From Sphaerodactylus townsendi (lineage: Eukaryota): 64,000 nt of DNA. Shown one piece after another: positions 39,001 through 50,800 of the stretch. The stretch covers positions 25,482,001-25,546,000 of the forward strand of contig NC_059436.1 of NCBI RefSeq assembly GCF_021028975.2, given 5' to 3'. The first letter of the stretch is position 1, and each line of letters starts with the position of its first letter. Under the pieces are notes generated by a model. That model worked only from the letters and a program-made list of their open reading frames with translations. It was not told where the DNA came from and searched no databases. The translations under genes and the position numbers were made by a program.

Positions 39001-40215
39001 AGCACAGAAGCAAAGACATGAGAGGAGCCGAGAGAATCCACACCCACCCCTCTGCCCTACAGTCACCAAGTCCAGCCATGGAGACCATACGCAGATGGCC
39101 GGAAGGCGGGGCCAGCAAGCCACTCTTGCAGAGGACTAGGGACTAGCGTCAGAAGGTAGTCCGGCCTCTTGCTGGAAGGCCAGGGTGTGTGGGCGAGGGT
39201 GGGTGGGTGGGTGGGGGAAATGCAAGGCCTCAGTGACTGCTCCACCCAGTAATAAGGAGAGCAACCATCATGTGATGCCAGCAGCAGGAACCCAAAGCAG
39301 CATTCCAGGCTCTCCCCTCCCCCAGTACCTGACTAGGCCTAGACCCCTGAAGACTCCCCCAGTACCTGACTAGGCCCCAGCAGCACGTCCGCCATCTCCA
39401 GCACCCACGAGGTCTCTGCCAGCCACTGTGCGGGTGTGGGATCAAGGGAGCTTCTCTTCACAAAACGAGCCCCAATGTGGGGCCAGAGATAAGGAGAAGG
39501 AGGGGGCTGGATGGGCGGAGGCCTGGAAGGAGGACAGCTGTGGACGCTGCCAGCAAGGAGGCTGCCCAGGTCCCACCCACACAGAAAGGACTGTTCTGGT
39601 GAGCCAGCGGCAGGAGCAGGCATCCTTCTGACCCAAGCAGCAAACAATGGGGCCATTTTTGCAAATGAACAACGGTCATTTCACCCACGATTTTGCAGGA
39701 GCAGGGGGAGAATGGGTCCAACCCCCCAACCCCCTTCCTAATGCCAGGATCGTCTACTTCATGCTGTGCTTCAGTTTGCCAGGCAGGGGCTGCACCTCCA
39801 AAAGGATCCCACGTCACAGTCCCTTGAAGCAACTGATGGGGCATCCAAGAGTCAGGGGGCCTCGACAGAGTGCCAACCATCTGGGGAAGGAGACCGAGAG
39901 AGCCAAGAAGGCCCCGGGAGCAAAATGCACAGCAGGAGAAAGTCTGGGGGGTTTCTGCATTTCGGGAGCACTGGGGATAAAATCTGAACGTAAGAACTTT
40001 AGTGCTGTGTTGCATTTAATGTTGTTATAGAATTCACTATTGTGGCAGAGAAGACACAGTTTCAACCTAGGATCTGGAAGACCCACGTTCAAATTCCCAC
40101 TCTGCCACAGAAGCCTGCTGGGTGACCTTGGTTGGGGCAGTCCCACACAGAGCCTGACCTACCTTACAGGGTTGTTATGAGGATAAGGGGGAGGGCAGTC
40201 TACAAACCGAATATA

Positions 40216-40286
<71 letters not shown>

Positions 40287-41575
40287 AATAAGGACAGGAA
40301 AATGAGATCAACCACTTTAGGTCCCCCCAATAGAAAGAAAAATACTCTAAATACATTTCAGTACTTGACTTAATATCAAACCCATCCTGGAAGCTTCACT
40401 TAAGGCAATCCTAAGAAACACTTTCTTCTGTTTAACGCAGGTTGCAGTGCAGCTGGTGCCTAGGTTTTAATTTTGCATGGTGGCCTACGTAAGTCAATCA
40501 GGCAACAAGAATACGGCCATGGGCACCTCCATGTCAAGGGTGGGGGATGCTGGCAGTTTTTCTTATAGAAAACAGAAACCATCCAGGTGGGGGCCGTGGC
40601 TCAGAGGCAGAGCCTCCGCCTGGCATACAGAAGGCCCTGGGTTCAATCTCCTCTGCTGTGGACCCTGGAGAGCGGCTGCCAGGTGCAACTGACAATGCGC
40701 TCCTCCTTCACAGGTGCCACAAGACAGTTCACGGGTGCGTGTGTTTTTTTTTGGGGGGGGGGGAGGTCTCGGGTTCAATCCCAGGTGCCTCCACTCGAAC
40801 GCAGCAGAGAGCAGGTGGTGGGAGGTCAGCCCCAGATCCCGGGGAACCACGGCCAGTTCCAGGTCCCGTACGGACGGGGGGGGGGGGGGGCGCTGATCGG
40901 GGAACGGGCGGCTTCGGGTGGGCCTGGAGGCATATTCTCCCGTGCCCGTGGGGCTCACTCCCGCAACAACCAGGGTCAGCACCCGAGGACCCTTTCCGCG
41001 CAGTGAGACGCCGGAGGGTCGGCGGGGCCCTGCGCAAGCTCTGCAGTTGCCGGGCTCGTTCTGGGGGGAGCGGAGCAGAGCGCCACCCCCACCCCCCGCG
41101 GATGCCAGGCACAGGGAGGCCCCGCGTGGCTACGGCCGCCGCCGCCGCCCTCCCGGGCAGCAGACAGCAGGAAGCGGGGTCGCCTCTGCCTGCCGCCACC
41201 AGCCGGAGCACAGGCGCGGGCCCCGAACGACCGGGCCTCCCGTCTCCCCCCCGCCCCCCCCCCCCGAAAGCCAGCCGCCGCCTCCGCGCATTGGGCAAGC
41301 GCCGCACTCGGCTCCCGCGGGGATTTCGCAAGGCGGAGCGGGCGCCGCTTGGGGGCCGTAGCCAGGAAGGACCTCCTCCGGGACCCCTCCCCCGCAGGGG
41401 TCAACCAACCTGGCCTACCTCACAGGGGCCGCCTTTGCGTGCGGCTCATCAATCTCAAGTGCGCCGGGGGGGGGTAATTAGCTTGCAGCCCCCCCCCCGG
41501 GGCCAGGCCAGTTTTGCAGCCGCGCCCGAGGGGGCAAGGCGCCGGGAGACTCACCGCGGCCGGAGGGGCGCTCAT
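33038..41575 (-). CDS. HMBS: Hydroxymethylbilane synthase (porphobilinogen deaminase); 14 coding exons, 380 aa
   Basis: Exons 41555-41575 (MSAPPAA|gtgagt, least certain), 38376-38429, 37826-37898, 37561-37610, 37413-37468, 36936-37013, 36612-36689, 35894-35969, 34939-35052, 34448-34486, 33907-34026, 33732-33785, 33538-33624, 33038-33280 (1143 nt). Motifs [58 protein letters not shown] (cofactor Cys). Confidence 0.96.
35053..35893 (-). other. HMBS: U12-type GT-AG intron in HMBS
   Basis: Donor GTATCCTTT; branch-like TCCCTTAAG about 10 nt before the acceptor cacAG, with no long pyrimidine tract between them. Confidence 0.85.
39317..39376. repeat. 23-nt direct repeat x2 in HMBS intron 1
   Basis: ctcccccagtacctgactaggcc at 39317-39339 and 39354-39376. 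Confidence 0.9.
40040..40290 (+). mobile_element. SINE with (TAAA)n tail
   Basis: B box gttcaaattccc, CORE cctaccttacagggttgtt, then about 18 TAAA units at 40216-40288. Confidence 0.7.
40588..40700 (+). mobile_element. tRNA-derived SINE head
   Basis: ggggccgtggctcagaggcagagc...gggttcaatctcc. Confidence 0.55.
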
Positions 41576-41780
41576 GGCGAGGAGGAGGCGGCGGAGGGCG
41601 CGCGGCCCCGGCACAGGCAGCTCCTTCGCCCTACGTGCCCCGCGCGCACGCGCCAGCCGGCCTCTTCCTTCCCGACATTTCCGGGTGGGGCCCCTCCCCC
41701 TATAGCCCCCCCCCCCCCGGTCGGCGGACGAGCCAGAGAAAGAGCGAGCGAGGCCGGGCGAGCGGGGGCGACCACAGCGC

Positions 41781-41786
41781 TTTAAT
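41781..41786 (-). terminator. Putative VPS11 polyadenylation signal ATTAAA
   Basis: The only AT-rich hexamer between the VPS11 stop (41857) and HMBS exon 1. Confidence 0.6.
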
Positions 41787-41856
41787 GGAGGATCGCGCGC
41801 GCCAGAGAGGGGGACACACAGACACGGGGGGGGGGGGGGTCGGTGCGCGCTCCCGC

Positions 41857-44800
41857 CTAGGTGCTGCGCTGGGCGCGGGCGAGAGAGTCCCGGGGGGGCG
41901 GCAGTCCGGCCTCCATCCCCGCGGCCGCGCGCCCCGCCGGCAGGTCGGTCACGAGCGTGAGCTTGTTGAAGACGCCGCGGCCGAAGTGGTCGGCCACCAC
42001 CGCGAAGCCGTCCTGCGCGCACTTGAGCTGCAAGGGGTGGGGGGGGAAGAGAAGCGCCGTCAAGGGAGGCTGGGCGCGGGGGGGGGGGGGAGGGACAGGG
42101 CCGCCCCCTCCCGCGGCCCACCTGGTGCTGGAAGTGGTCGTGCAGGTCGCGCTTCTGCTCCTGGGCGCGGATCATGTCCATCACCTTGCGGTTCTCGGGC
42201 AGGCAGGTGGGGCACTCGGAGCCGCTCTCGGAGTAGCTCTCAAAGCAGTGCTGGTGGAAGGAGTGGCTGCACAGGAAGTGCACCGAGGGCAGCTCCAGGG
42301 CCCCCGTGCAGATGCTGCACTTCGTCTTCTGGAAGATCTTGGGGCTGCACCGGGAAGCGAAGGGGGGCGCGTCACAGGCTGCCACCCGGGGGCTCAGGGG
42401 GCACCACTGGACAGGAGCCAGGCCCCGGGGGCTCAGCTCCAGCTAGGTCTGGGTACCCACACCATCACAGGCCCTCGCCACAAGACAGACGCGTGACACC
42501 AGACACATCTCTGGGTTGTGGGTTTTCAATGCGCGGCCCATGCTCAGACCTAACCAGCAACTTCTCTGGAGGCGGCTTTCACAGACAATGGGGTCGTGAC
42601 GGGGGTCCCCCAAAGTCTGGCTGCCCTGGCAAGCCTTTCCCCACACCAACCCCAAGTGCACAAGAGCCTGGACCCCCACCACGCCGCTGGGGCCTTGAGT
42701 TGTGCACAGCGCAGCGGGCGGACTGGGAGGACAGATCAGTCCCCCCCTCCAAGAAATCCAACAGACAGTAAGGCCTGGGGGGTGGGGTGGGGGAGCACTG
42801 GGCAGCAGCGCCTCCCTCCGCCCAGAGACCCAGCAAGGCGGGTTTGCTGCAGCAGCTACCTGTTTTTCAGCTCCTCAATCTCCTTGCGGATCCGCTTGGT
42901 CTCCTCCCGGTATTTCTGGATCTTCTGTTCATCCTGCTCAATCTGGCGGCTCTGCTTCTGCAACTTGCTGACCAGGTAGTCCTTGATGACGGACAGGGTG
43001 GCTGTAGAGTTGTGGGCCAGGGTCTGCACAACTGGACACAGAAGAGCAGCGCACAGCTCAGCCCCCCCACTGCACCCCCACCTGAAACCCCTGCTTGCCC
43101 GCACACACACCCACCCGCCTCCCAGGATCAGAGCGTCTCTCACCAAGCAGGGGGGGCATGAGGTTCTTGGTCTCGATGTGCTTGAGCACAGCCCTGATGT
43201 GTTCCTTGCAGTCCTCCTCCTTGTGCGCAAAGTAGCCGAGGGCCTGCTCCCACAAGGCAGGCTCCTGGTCGCCATACAGCTCGCACACCTCCACCACCTT
43301 CCTGTGCTGCTCGCTCTGCATGTGGTAGTGCATGATCTGTTGGAACCTGGGGAGGGCAGAGGGCAGGTGAGAGCCAGTCCAGCGCCACTGCCCAGTGAGC
43401 GGCCTCCGAGGTAGCCTGGCTGGGAACGCCACTTGCTCCTCCCTGCACCCCCGGGCTGGCAAAGGAACCCTCCATGGCACTCCCCCCTCGCCAGCAAGAA
43501 CAAGGGCTGCCCCCCCACCACCTCCACACTCACAGCTTGCCCTGCTCATAAAGGTACAAGACACCGTCCTTGAAACTGTGCATCTGGCAGAGGACGAGGG
43601 CCTTGTCGAAGGCGCTCCGGAACCTCCCGCTCTTCAGCAGGGAAATGGCTTCATTGTGCAGTTTGTCTTTAACCTGCCGGAAGCCACAGAAGCATCAAGC
43701 TCAGGAGAGGGGCAGGGAAAGAACGCCCAGCTCACCGCCGGTGGGTCACCTGCCTGACTGCACCAAACAGCCCCATCCCTTCTAGCCAGCACTGGCCTGG
43801 TGAGAAGGAGGCGCTGCCCTCAGAGCAGAGATGGATGGACCAGGGGACCGGCTGAGCCCAAACGTCTAGCTGGGGCTACTGTGGCGTGCTGCATACGGGC
43901 CTGGCCCCTCAAATGTGTCCAGAATCTACAGCTGATGCAGAATGCTGTGGACAGAATTTTGTCTGAAGTGTGTTGCATAAATATGTCAATAAAAAAATAC
44001 ATGTGTGTTTATAATTCTTATCTACTATACCACTCTGCTCTCTTTTTTAAATGAAACAATTAAAATGTCTTTTTTTTACTTCTAAAAGGGGCCCAAAACC
44101 ATCACTAAGAGAGGGACACACAGCTTCAGGTAGCCAGGGAAACAGCCATGGCTCAACGGCCAAAATCTGCTTGGCATGTGGAGAGTCCCTCATTCAATCC
44201 CAAGAACCTCCAGTTAAAAAAGGACACGGCACGAGTAGGCGATGTGCAAGACCTCTGCCTGGAATGCTGCCGCCTGTCTAACCAGGAGGGTCCAACTCTG
44301 GTGCCCCAGATGTTCATGGACTACGGTTCCCACCTGTCCTTGCCAGCATGGTCAATTCCTATCCATCCCTGCCAGCATGGCTGATGGGAATTGTAGTCCA
44401 TGAACATCTGAGGCGCCAGAGTTGGACACCCCTGAACTAGACAGTCACAACCTTGATGAACGGGGGTGGTGGTGGTGGTGGTGTCTGACTCTGTGTCAGG
44501 CAGCTTCAGGTGTTCAAGCTGGCCCCGACATCCACTGAGGGAGCAGGAGGGCGGGCAGGAATGCTGCAAGGTGCACTCCTCAAAGAAACCAGCCCAGCCC
44601 CACTGGGCACTGGAACCACCAAGGCACAGACCTACCTTTGGGTCCTGCTCGTGTGCCCAGTTCTGTAGGCGGAGCTCCAGCAGTGTGTCAAAAACCCCCT
44701 GGGGAGAGTCCGGCTGCACCTCTGACATGTGCTCCAGGAAGGCTCGCAGTTCCCGGGAGTTGTTGGCAAAAATGGGAATGAACTCCTCTGGGTTGGCCTG

Positions 44801-47800
44801 TAAAGCGAGAAAGGAAGGCAGCAGCTGGGCCCCGCCCCCTGAGCACCTACCTCAGTTCCCCAGCAACACACCATCCACACCTGAACGCATTCCAAGAAAT
44901 ATCTGCCAGCAGCGTGGCAAAGTGGCTTCAGGCCTCCCGGGGGGTCGTATTCTGCCCGCTTTTCTACTAGTGAAAATGTGATGTGTGGGATCATGGGACC
45001 TGAGCGGGCAACAGCCACAAGGAGCTGTGGCATGAGTGAGGAGGGGGCTCTGAGAAGCAGCAAGAAGGGTCAAGCCGATGCCCTGGGCAGCTGCCTGCTG
45101 GCAAGAGACATTCACGGAGCTTCGCATGCACATAATCCCTGGCTCCCAGCCTGGCTTGCCCACTGAACAGACCAATAGTGTTTCCTGGCAGCTCCGCCCC
45201 CCCTCCCCATCACAGTCAGCAGCCTAAGAATCACAAGGTCGCTTCCTGCCCCGGCTGCTCCCCTCCACGTGTGGTGTACCTTCTGCCCTTCTGGCACTGC
45301 TGGGCCCTCTCGATCCCCTGCTGGCCGGTAATCTGTGCACAGCACCTTCAGCAGCTCCGTGGTCTCGCTGGGGACGTGATGCATGAGGATCTTGCCGTAG
45401 CGCTTCATGTTGCTCTCTGCCTGCTCAAAGGGCAGCCGGCCAATGTAGTGCAATGCCTCCTGGTAGTTCTGTAGGGCAAAGGGGGGACTGGTGCCACTGC
45501 TTTGTCTCGCAAAAGGATGTAACCCTCTGATGGTGAAGCAAGTTGCTACGCAGCTGGCGGGGGGTTGGGGGGGAGCCAAGCTAAGTGGTAATCATGCGGT
45601 GGCTCTTTCCCAACCAAGCCTTGGTGTGATCTTTTTATTGGACTCAGCCCAGTAGGAGATGTAAACACTGAAGGTTTTGCTGTCCTTTTAAAAGGCTCCC
45701 TTCTGCAGCTTTCAACTCCAGAAATGCTTTTTAAAAAATCAAAAGCAAGACTGTGAAGGGCCAACTTGGCAAGCCTGCAAGGTGCCCGTTCTGGGGCCAC
45801 ACATGCCTATTTCCCTGCAAAAGGGATCTACCAGCCTTCACGCCCAGCTCATCTACCCACAAGGCCCAACAGAAGAGCAGAACTCCCCTCTCCCAGATTA
45901 GCTATTTCCTCAGAAGAAACCAGAAGACAGACACCGCAGGAAGGTAGATAAGTGACTCCTCACCTTGATGTCTTCCAGCTGGACCTTCAGGTACCACTCA
46001 TGGTGGGCGTGTTTCTCAGCCAAGTACACTGCATGGGAGTAACAGCCCGCCTGGCGTAGCACCTTGATGGCAGTCTCCACATCAAAGTGCACCTCGCTCT
46101 CACTCGTCTACATGACAAGACACAGCAAAAAAGCCAGGTGAAGCCCTCAGAAGGAATTCAGCTCACTTCCCCTGGACCGTGAACCCCCCACCCCACCTGA
46201 AGGCCGAGAACAGAATGCCTGTAGGACCTCAGTTCTGCCAGCAAGAATGCGTTGGTTGCCTTTCCCCCCGGGCAGCCACACGGCTCTCGTTTCAGATCCG
46301 CAACCAGAAACATCATCTCTTGGAGCACCCAGCAGCTTCCGTTCCTTGCCAAGAGAAGGCGCAAAGCTTCCCAGCTGCATGAGCCAAAGCCAGCGCCATC
46401 CAGCCTGAGACGGCCCCCAAGAGAGTTCACTTGATTGCAGGGGGGCACGTGACTCCTGCCCCCCTCGAGCCCCAAGGGCTCTGGGAAAGCAACCACAGCC
46501 CCCTTCCTCTCCCTTCCCCACCCAACCTTGATGAACTCCTCCAGCCTGGCGATGTCTTTCAGTTTGGTGTAGCAGTTGAGCAGCAGTGTTGTGTGGTCTG
46601 CGTTGGCCAGCGACTGCAAATGGAGGGTCTGCAAGTAGGCCGTCAAGTTGTGTATCCGCTGAGCATCCAAGAATTTGCGGATGACGTAGGATGGCTCTAG
46701 CTTCCCAATGGTGCTGGGGAGAGAAGAGTCTCTTTGGGGTGCCTCTAAGGAGCTGCTAGCAGAAACCCTCCCCCCTGCAGCAGGCCCCTCGCGAGGAAGC
46801 CGCTCTGCGCAGGTCAGAGCAGCCGCGATGCCCAACATTCCACCTCAAACCGTGCAAGGGAGAAGGTGAAGTGAAGTCTTTATCGACGGTCAATGACCAA
46901 ATACAATACAATTCTCCAACATAGCAAAAACATCTGCAACAGAGCAGCAAATGCAAATCTGGGAGGTGGTGCACAGTATGCTCAAATGCTGAAGTTACGG
47001 CGTGACAAATTAAATTTGCATATCAACATTTGCACTCCATAAGATCCCAGGGGGAGGGAGGGCGATCTGCTCAGGGCACCTTCCCCACTAGAAGTGGTTC
47101 TCAAGGGTCTGGTTTAAAAAACAAAAAAAAGACAACTGGAGATGGCAGGAACTGAACACCCAGATGCCTTAAAATCAAAGCAGGCAACCTCCCACGGGGC
47201 CACCGTCTCCTTGCCTACAGGTGTGCATTACAGGTCTGCTTGTTCCCCATGTCACCATTGCCCCCTGAGCACCCTCAAGAGAAGCAGCTGAGCACAGCGT
47301 TGATTTGCCTGTCAGATAAACTTGCAAACCACACATTTACATGACTTGTTTTCTTTCCGGGCAACACTTCTCTAGTATGGCTGCACAGAAGAGAAGACAA
47401 CAGGAAGAGGGAACAGGCAGGCTGAGTCAGGCACAGAGTTCAACTCTGTGGAGCTCCGACGGTTGCCTGCCATCACTGCCAGGGCCCCCTGCCCCTTCCC
47501 TACCGGATATACTGCTGGATGGCCCCATCGTGGTTGCCTTTGTTGTACAAATGGTCGCCATACTGACGGAAGATCTCTGCCAGCCCATCACTGTCCAGGT
47601 GGTGGCTTCTGGCCAGGTTAATGGCCATTTCAAACAGGTTCTTCTTGAAGAGCATCTGATGGGTGAGAAAAGAAGTTGTTGATTAAGACGTCCTGCCACA
47701 AGAATAAGCCAAGCGGGGATCTGGTTGGGTCAGGCTCACAACTGGCCCAGGCTGCTGCCAGCCCCAGAGAGGTCTGCCACGGGACAGCCCGAGCCCCCTT

Positions 47801-50800
47801 GCCTCCAGCTTGGTCTGTGTATCTTTCTCCTGCAGCGTATGGAGCTTCCCATCCCGAGTGAGAACATACAGGCATCCCCACTCAGCCAAGACATCCACCA
47901 CGTCGTCAAAAACTGAGCTGTAGGCAATGAACTTGTTGCTGAGGTCATAAATGTTCACGATTTGCTTGTCAGAGTTTTGTGGGTCACCCCCTGCAAAGTC
48001 AGACCTGCAGCACAAACAAATGAGAGTGAGGGAGTGTCCCCCCACCCGATTACCCCCCATAAAACATTTCAGAGAGCTCATTGCTGCTGGATGTCATGAG
48101 GACAAGCTGCATGCTTATTCTTAGTACTAGCAGCTCAGTCCAAAGGGGGAGGGGGGGAGTGCTAGAGAAGCGGTGTCACTCTGTTGCTGGGATAAATGCC
48201 ACTTGCTCTGGCATAAGAGGCATTTACAATGGCACCAGGGTACATATGCCAGTGCTGGGAAGTAGTGTGAGAGTGTGATGTTGGTGTGGTGGCACAGCCA
48301 GCATGGTGTACCTCCAGCGCAGGGGCTCGTGACGGCGCCAAAGGGGGCATTCCTAGGGGTGAGCCCTTTTGTACTGGGAACGCCCACTTAGTCCAGTGTA
48401 AAGTGACACCAACAAAAACCATGGCACAGCACACAGAGCTGAATTATTGGATTGTGAAAAAGGCCTCCCCCAGTGGCAGATCTCATGTCAACAGCTGTCC
48501 TCCTGGGATCGCTGGTGTGCAGCACACCCGGGAGAAGAGGCATTGCCTGTGGATGGATATTTTCTTCTGCACAAGTGCCCAAAAAATCCCCCACCAATTC
48601 TTTCTGTTCCCTTGTATAAAACAAAGGACTGTTTCCATTTCCTCAGGCTCTACAATCAGTGAGGACACATCAGTGCATCAAAAGAAAATTAGAGGGTCTC
48701 TCACCCATTGTTCTCCAGCACACAATAAAACAAATCCAAAACAAATGACTCTGTCCCAAGGTGCCTTACTTTGGAGAGGTTTTTCGATCTTTAGACACAA
48801 TGACAAGGTAGCCCCGATACCAGTGGGCAATCAGCTTCTGCCCTTCAAAAGCAAAGCACGGCCCACGCTCATCCGGCTGGTACAGGTACACACACTCATC
48901 CCCTGCAACGATAAACTGCAGGTCCTGGGAGGGGTCACTCAGTGTACAGCAGCGCAGCCCACATCCACGGGTGTCCAATTCCTGCCGCGGGTAATCCTTC
49001 ACAGACAGCGTGTAGCACTGTAGTGTCCACCAGACAAAGACAACAACAATGAAACTCATTCACAGGGATAGTAGATGGGCCGGGACGTTCCACCTTGGTC
49101 CATCCCCGCCCCCCACCAATCAAGCCCAGCATCCTACCTGGATGCTCTCAGTGGTAGCAACAAACAGATGAGTTGTTTTGCCAGACTGGCGGAAGGCAAG
49201 GCCAGTAATTGGATAACTGCCTTCATGGAGAATCTGAGTCTTACTGTGTCGATCCCTTGTAATGTCCCCTTTTGTAAGTACAACACTTCCCCCTGTAAAA
49301 CCTAAGGAAGCAAAAGAGTAGAGAATACTGTATTTTCATGGCAGTCCTAGAACATCTGATGCTCTCTACCCATAGAAAACAGACTGAAAGTTCCATTACA
49401 TCAAGGTGGAAAGCAGAAGTAGTATTCTACCATTGAAGCCAATTGCTTTCTCTTCCCACTCAACTAGCATGTGAAGCTAGTGGTGTTGCTTTCACTTACC
49501 AATAGCCATGAAGTTCAGATTCTCATGGACTGTGAGGCAGGACACAACTGTGGGCTTGTTGCCTGGTATTGCAGGGAAAATTCTTGTACACAGGGGGTTT
49601 CCACCATCATGCTTCTCCAGATTCCAGACTTTGACCTGCAAACCGTCCCAAGGAGACTTTTTTTAGAGAAAGCACCCGCCTCTGAAGTGATTCTGTTGTA
49701 TTGATAGCTATCTCTTGCTGACTACAAAAGATAGCTGCTTGCCCTCCCCCCTGCAATAACGTAAAGAATAAGTCTGGGGCCACATCAATATTCCCAAGGG
49801 CCACCCCAAGGCAGAGAACTGCAAGACATAACTTCAACAGGCCTCAAGAATCAGGATATAAGAGAAATGGAATTGTCAATAGCAGATGTCAAAACTCTTA
49901 TTCTCTTGTTTAGCTGAGGTCAAGTCAAGATCAGATAAGAACAAACCAAGATTGCAGGACAGCAGATCAAAGTTTACCTGTCCACAAAGTCAATTTTTAT
50001 TTCTTCATTTGATTTTAGACAACTCTCTCCTATTGCCAAAGCCTCAGAATAGTTTACAACATTTGCTTTCAGAAAATCCACACAACAGTGAACAATTAAA
50101 CCATGGCACCCCAAAATAAAGCCCAGCAAAGGGTGGAACAGTCTAACGTTAAAGTGGCCATATTTGTAACCATACTGGTAAGGAGAAAGCAACAAAGGAG
50201 GAGAGAGGCCAGCTAATATGGATAAAAACTGTCATTGCCCTCACCCATAGGCCTGGCAGAACAATTTGGTGTTACGGGCCCTGGTGAAGAAGAAGAAGAG
50301 TTTCTCTCCTGTAAGGAGGCTCAAAGGGGCTGACAATCTCCTTTCCCTTCCCACCCCCCACCCCCCCACAACAAACACCCTGTGAGTTGGGTGGGGCTGA
50401 GAGAACTCAGAAGAACTGTGAGTAGCCCAAGGTCACCCAGCTGGCGTGTGTGGGAGTGCACAGGCTAATCAGAATTCCCCAGATAAGCCTCCACAGCTCA
50501 GGCGGCAGAGCTGGGAATCAAACCCGGTTCCTCCAGATTAGAATGCACCTGCTCTTAACCACTACAATACTGCTGAAGTGAGATAGATCTCACAGGTCCA
50601 TGGTCTCATTTAGACAGTGTTTCACCAGGCTGGGACCAAAGCCGAAAAGGCTCTGTTTGATGACAGAAGGACATTTTTGGGGACAGGATCACCAGTAAGA
50701 TTTCATACACAGAGCATAGTGCTCTTTGAGGAAGCATATCGAGAGAGGCAGTTCCACAGATATAACAGTCCCAGACCTAGACAGGTAGGGCACAATCGAC

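Noticed and set aside
39317-39376. CRISPR-like repeat-spacer
   Set aside because: Only two repeats with a 14-nt spacer, in a vertebrate intron, with no cas genes.
40588-40660. tRNA-like sequences (also about 5100-5165 and 44145)
   Set aside because: Broken cloverleaf continuing into SINE bodies; these are SINE heads, not tRNA genes.
40547-42771. Long ORFs (412 aa, 378 aa, 321 aa) around the HMBS promoter
   Set aside because: Stop-poor CpG-island or antisense frames with low-complexity G/P/R/A content; explained by VPS11/HMBS exons and GC content.
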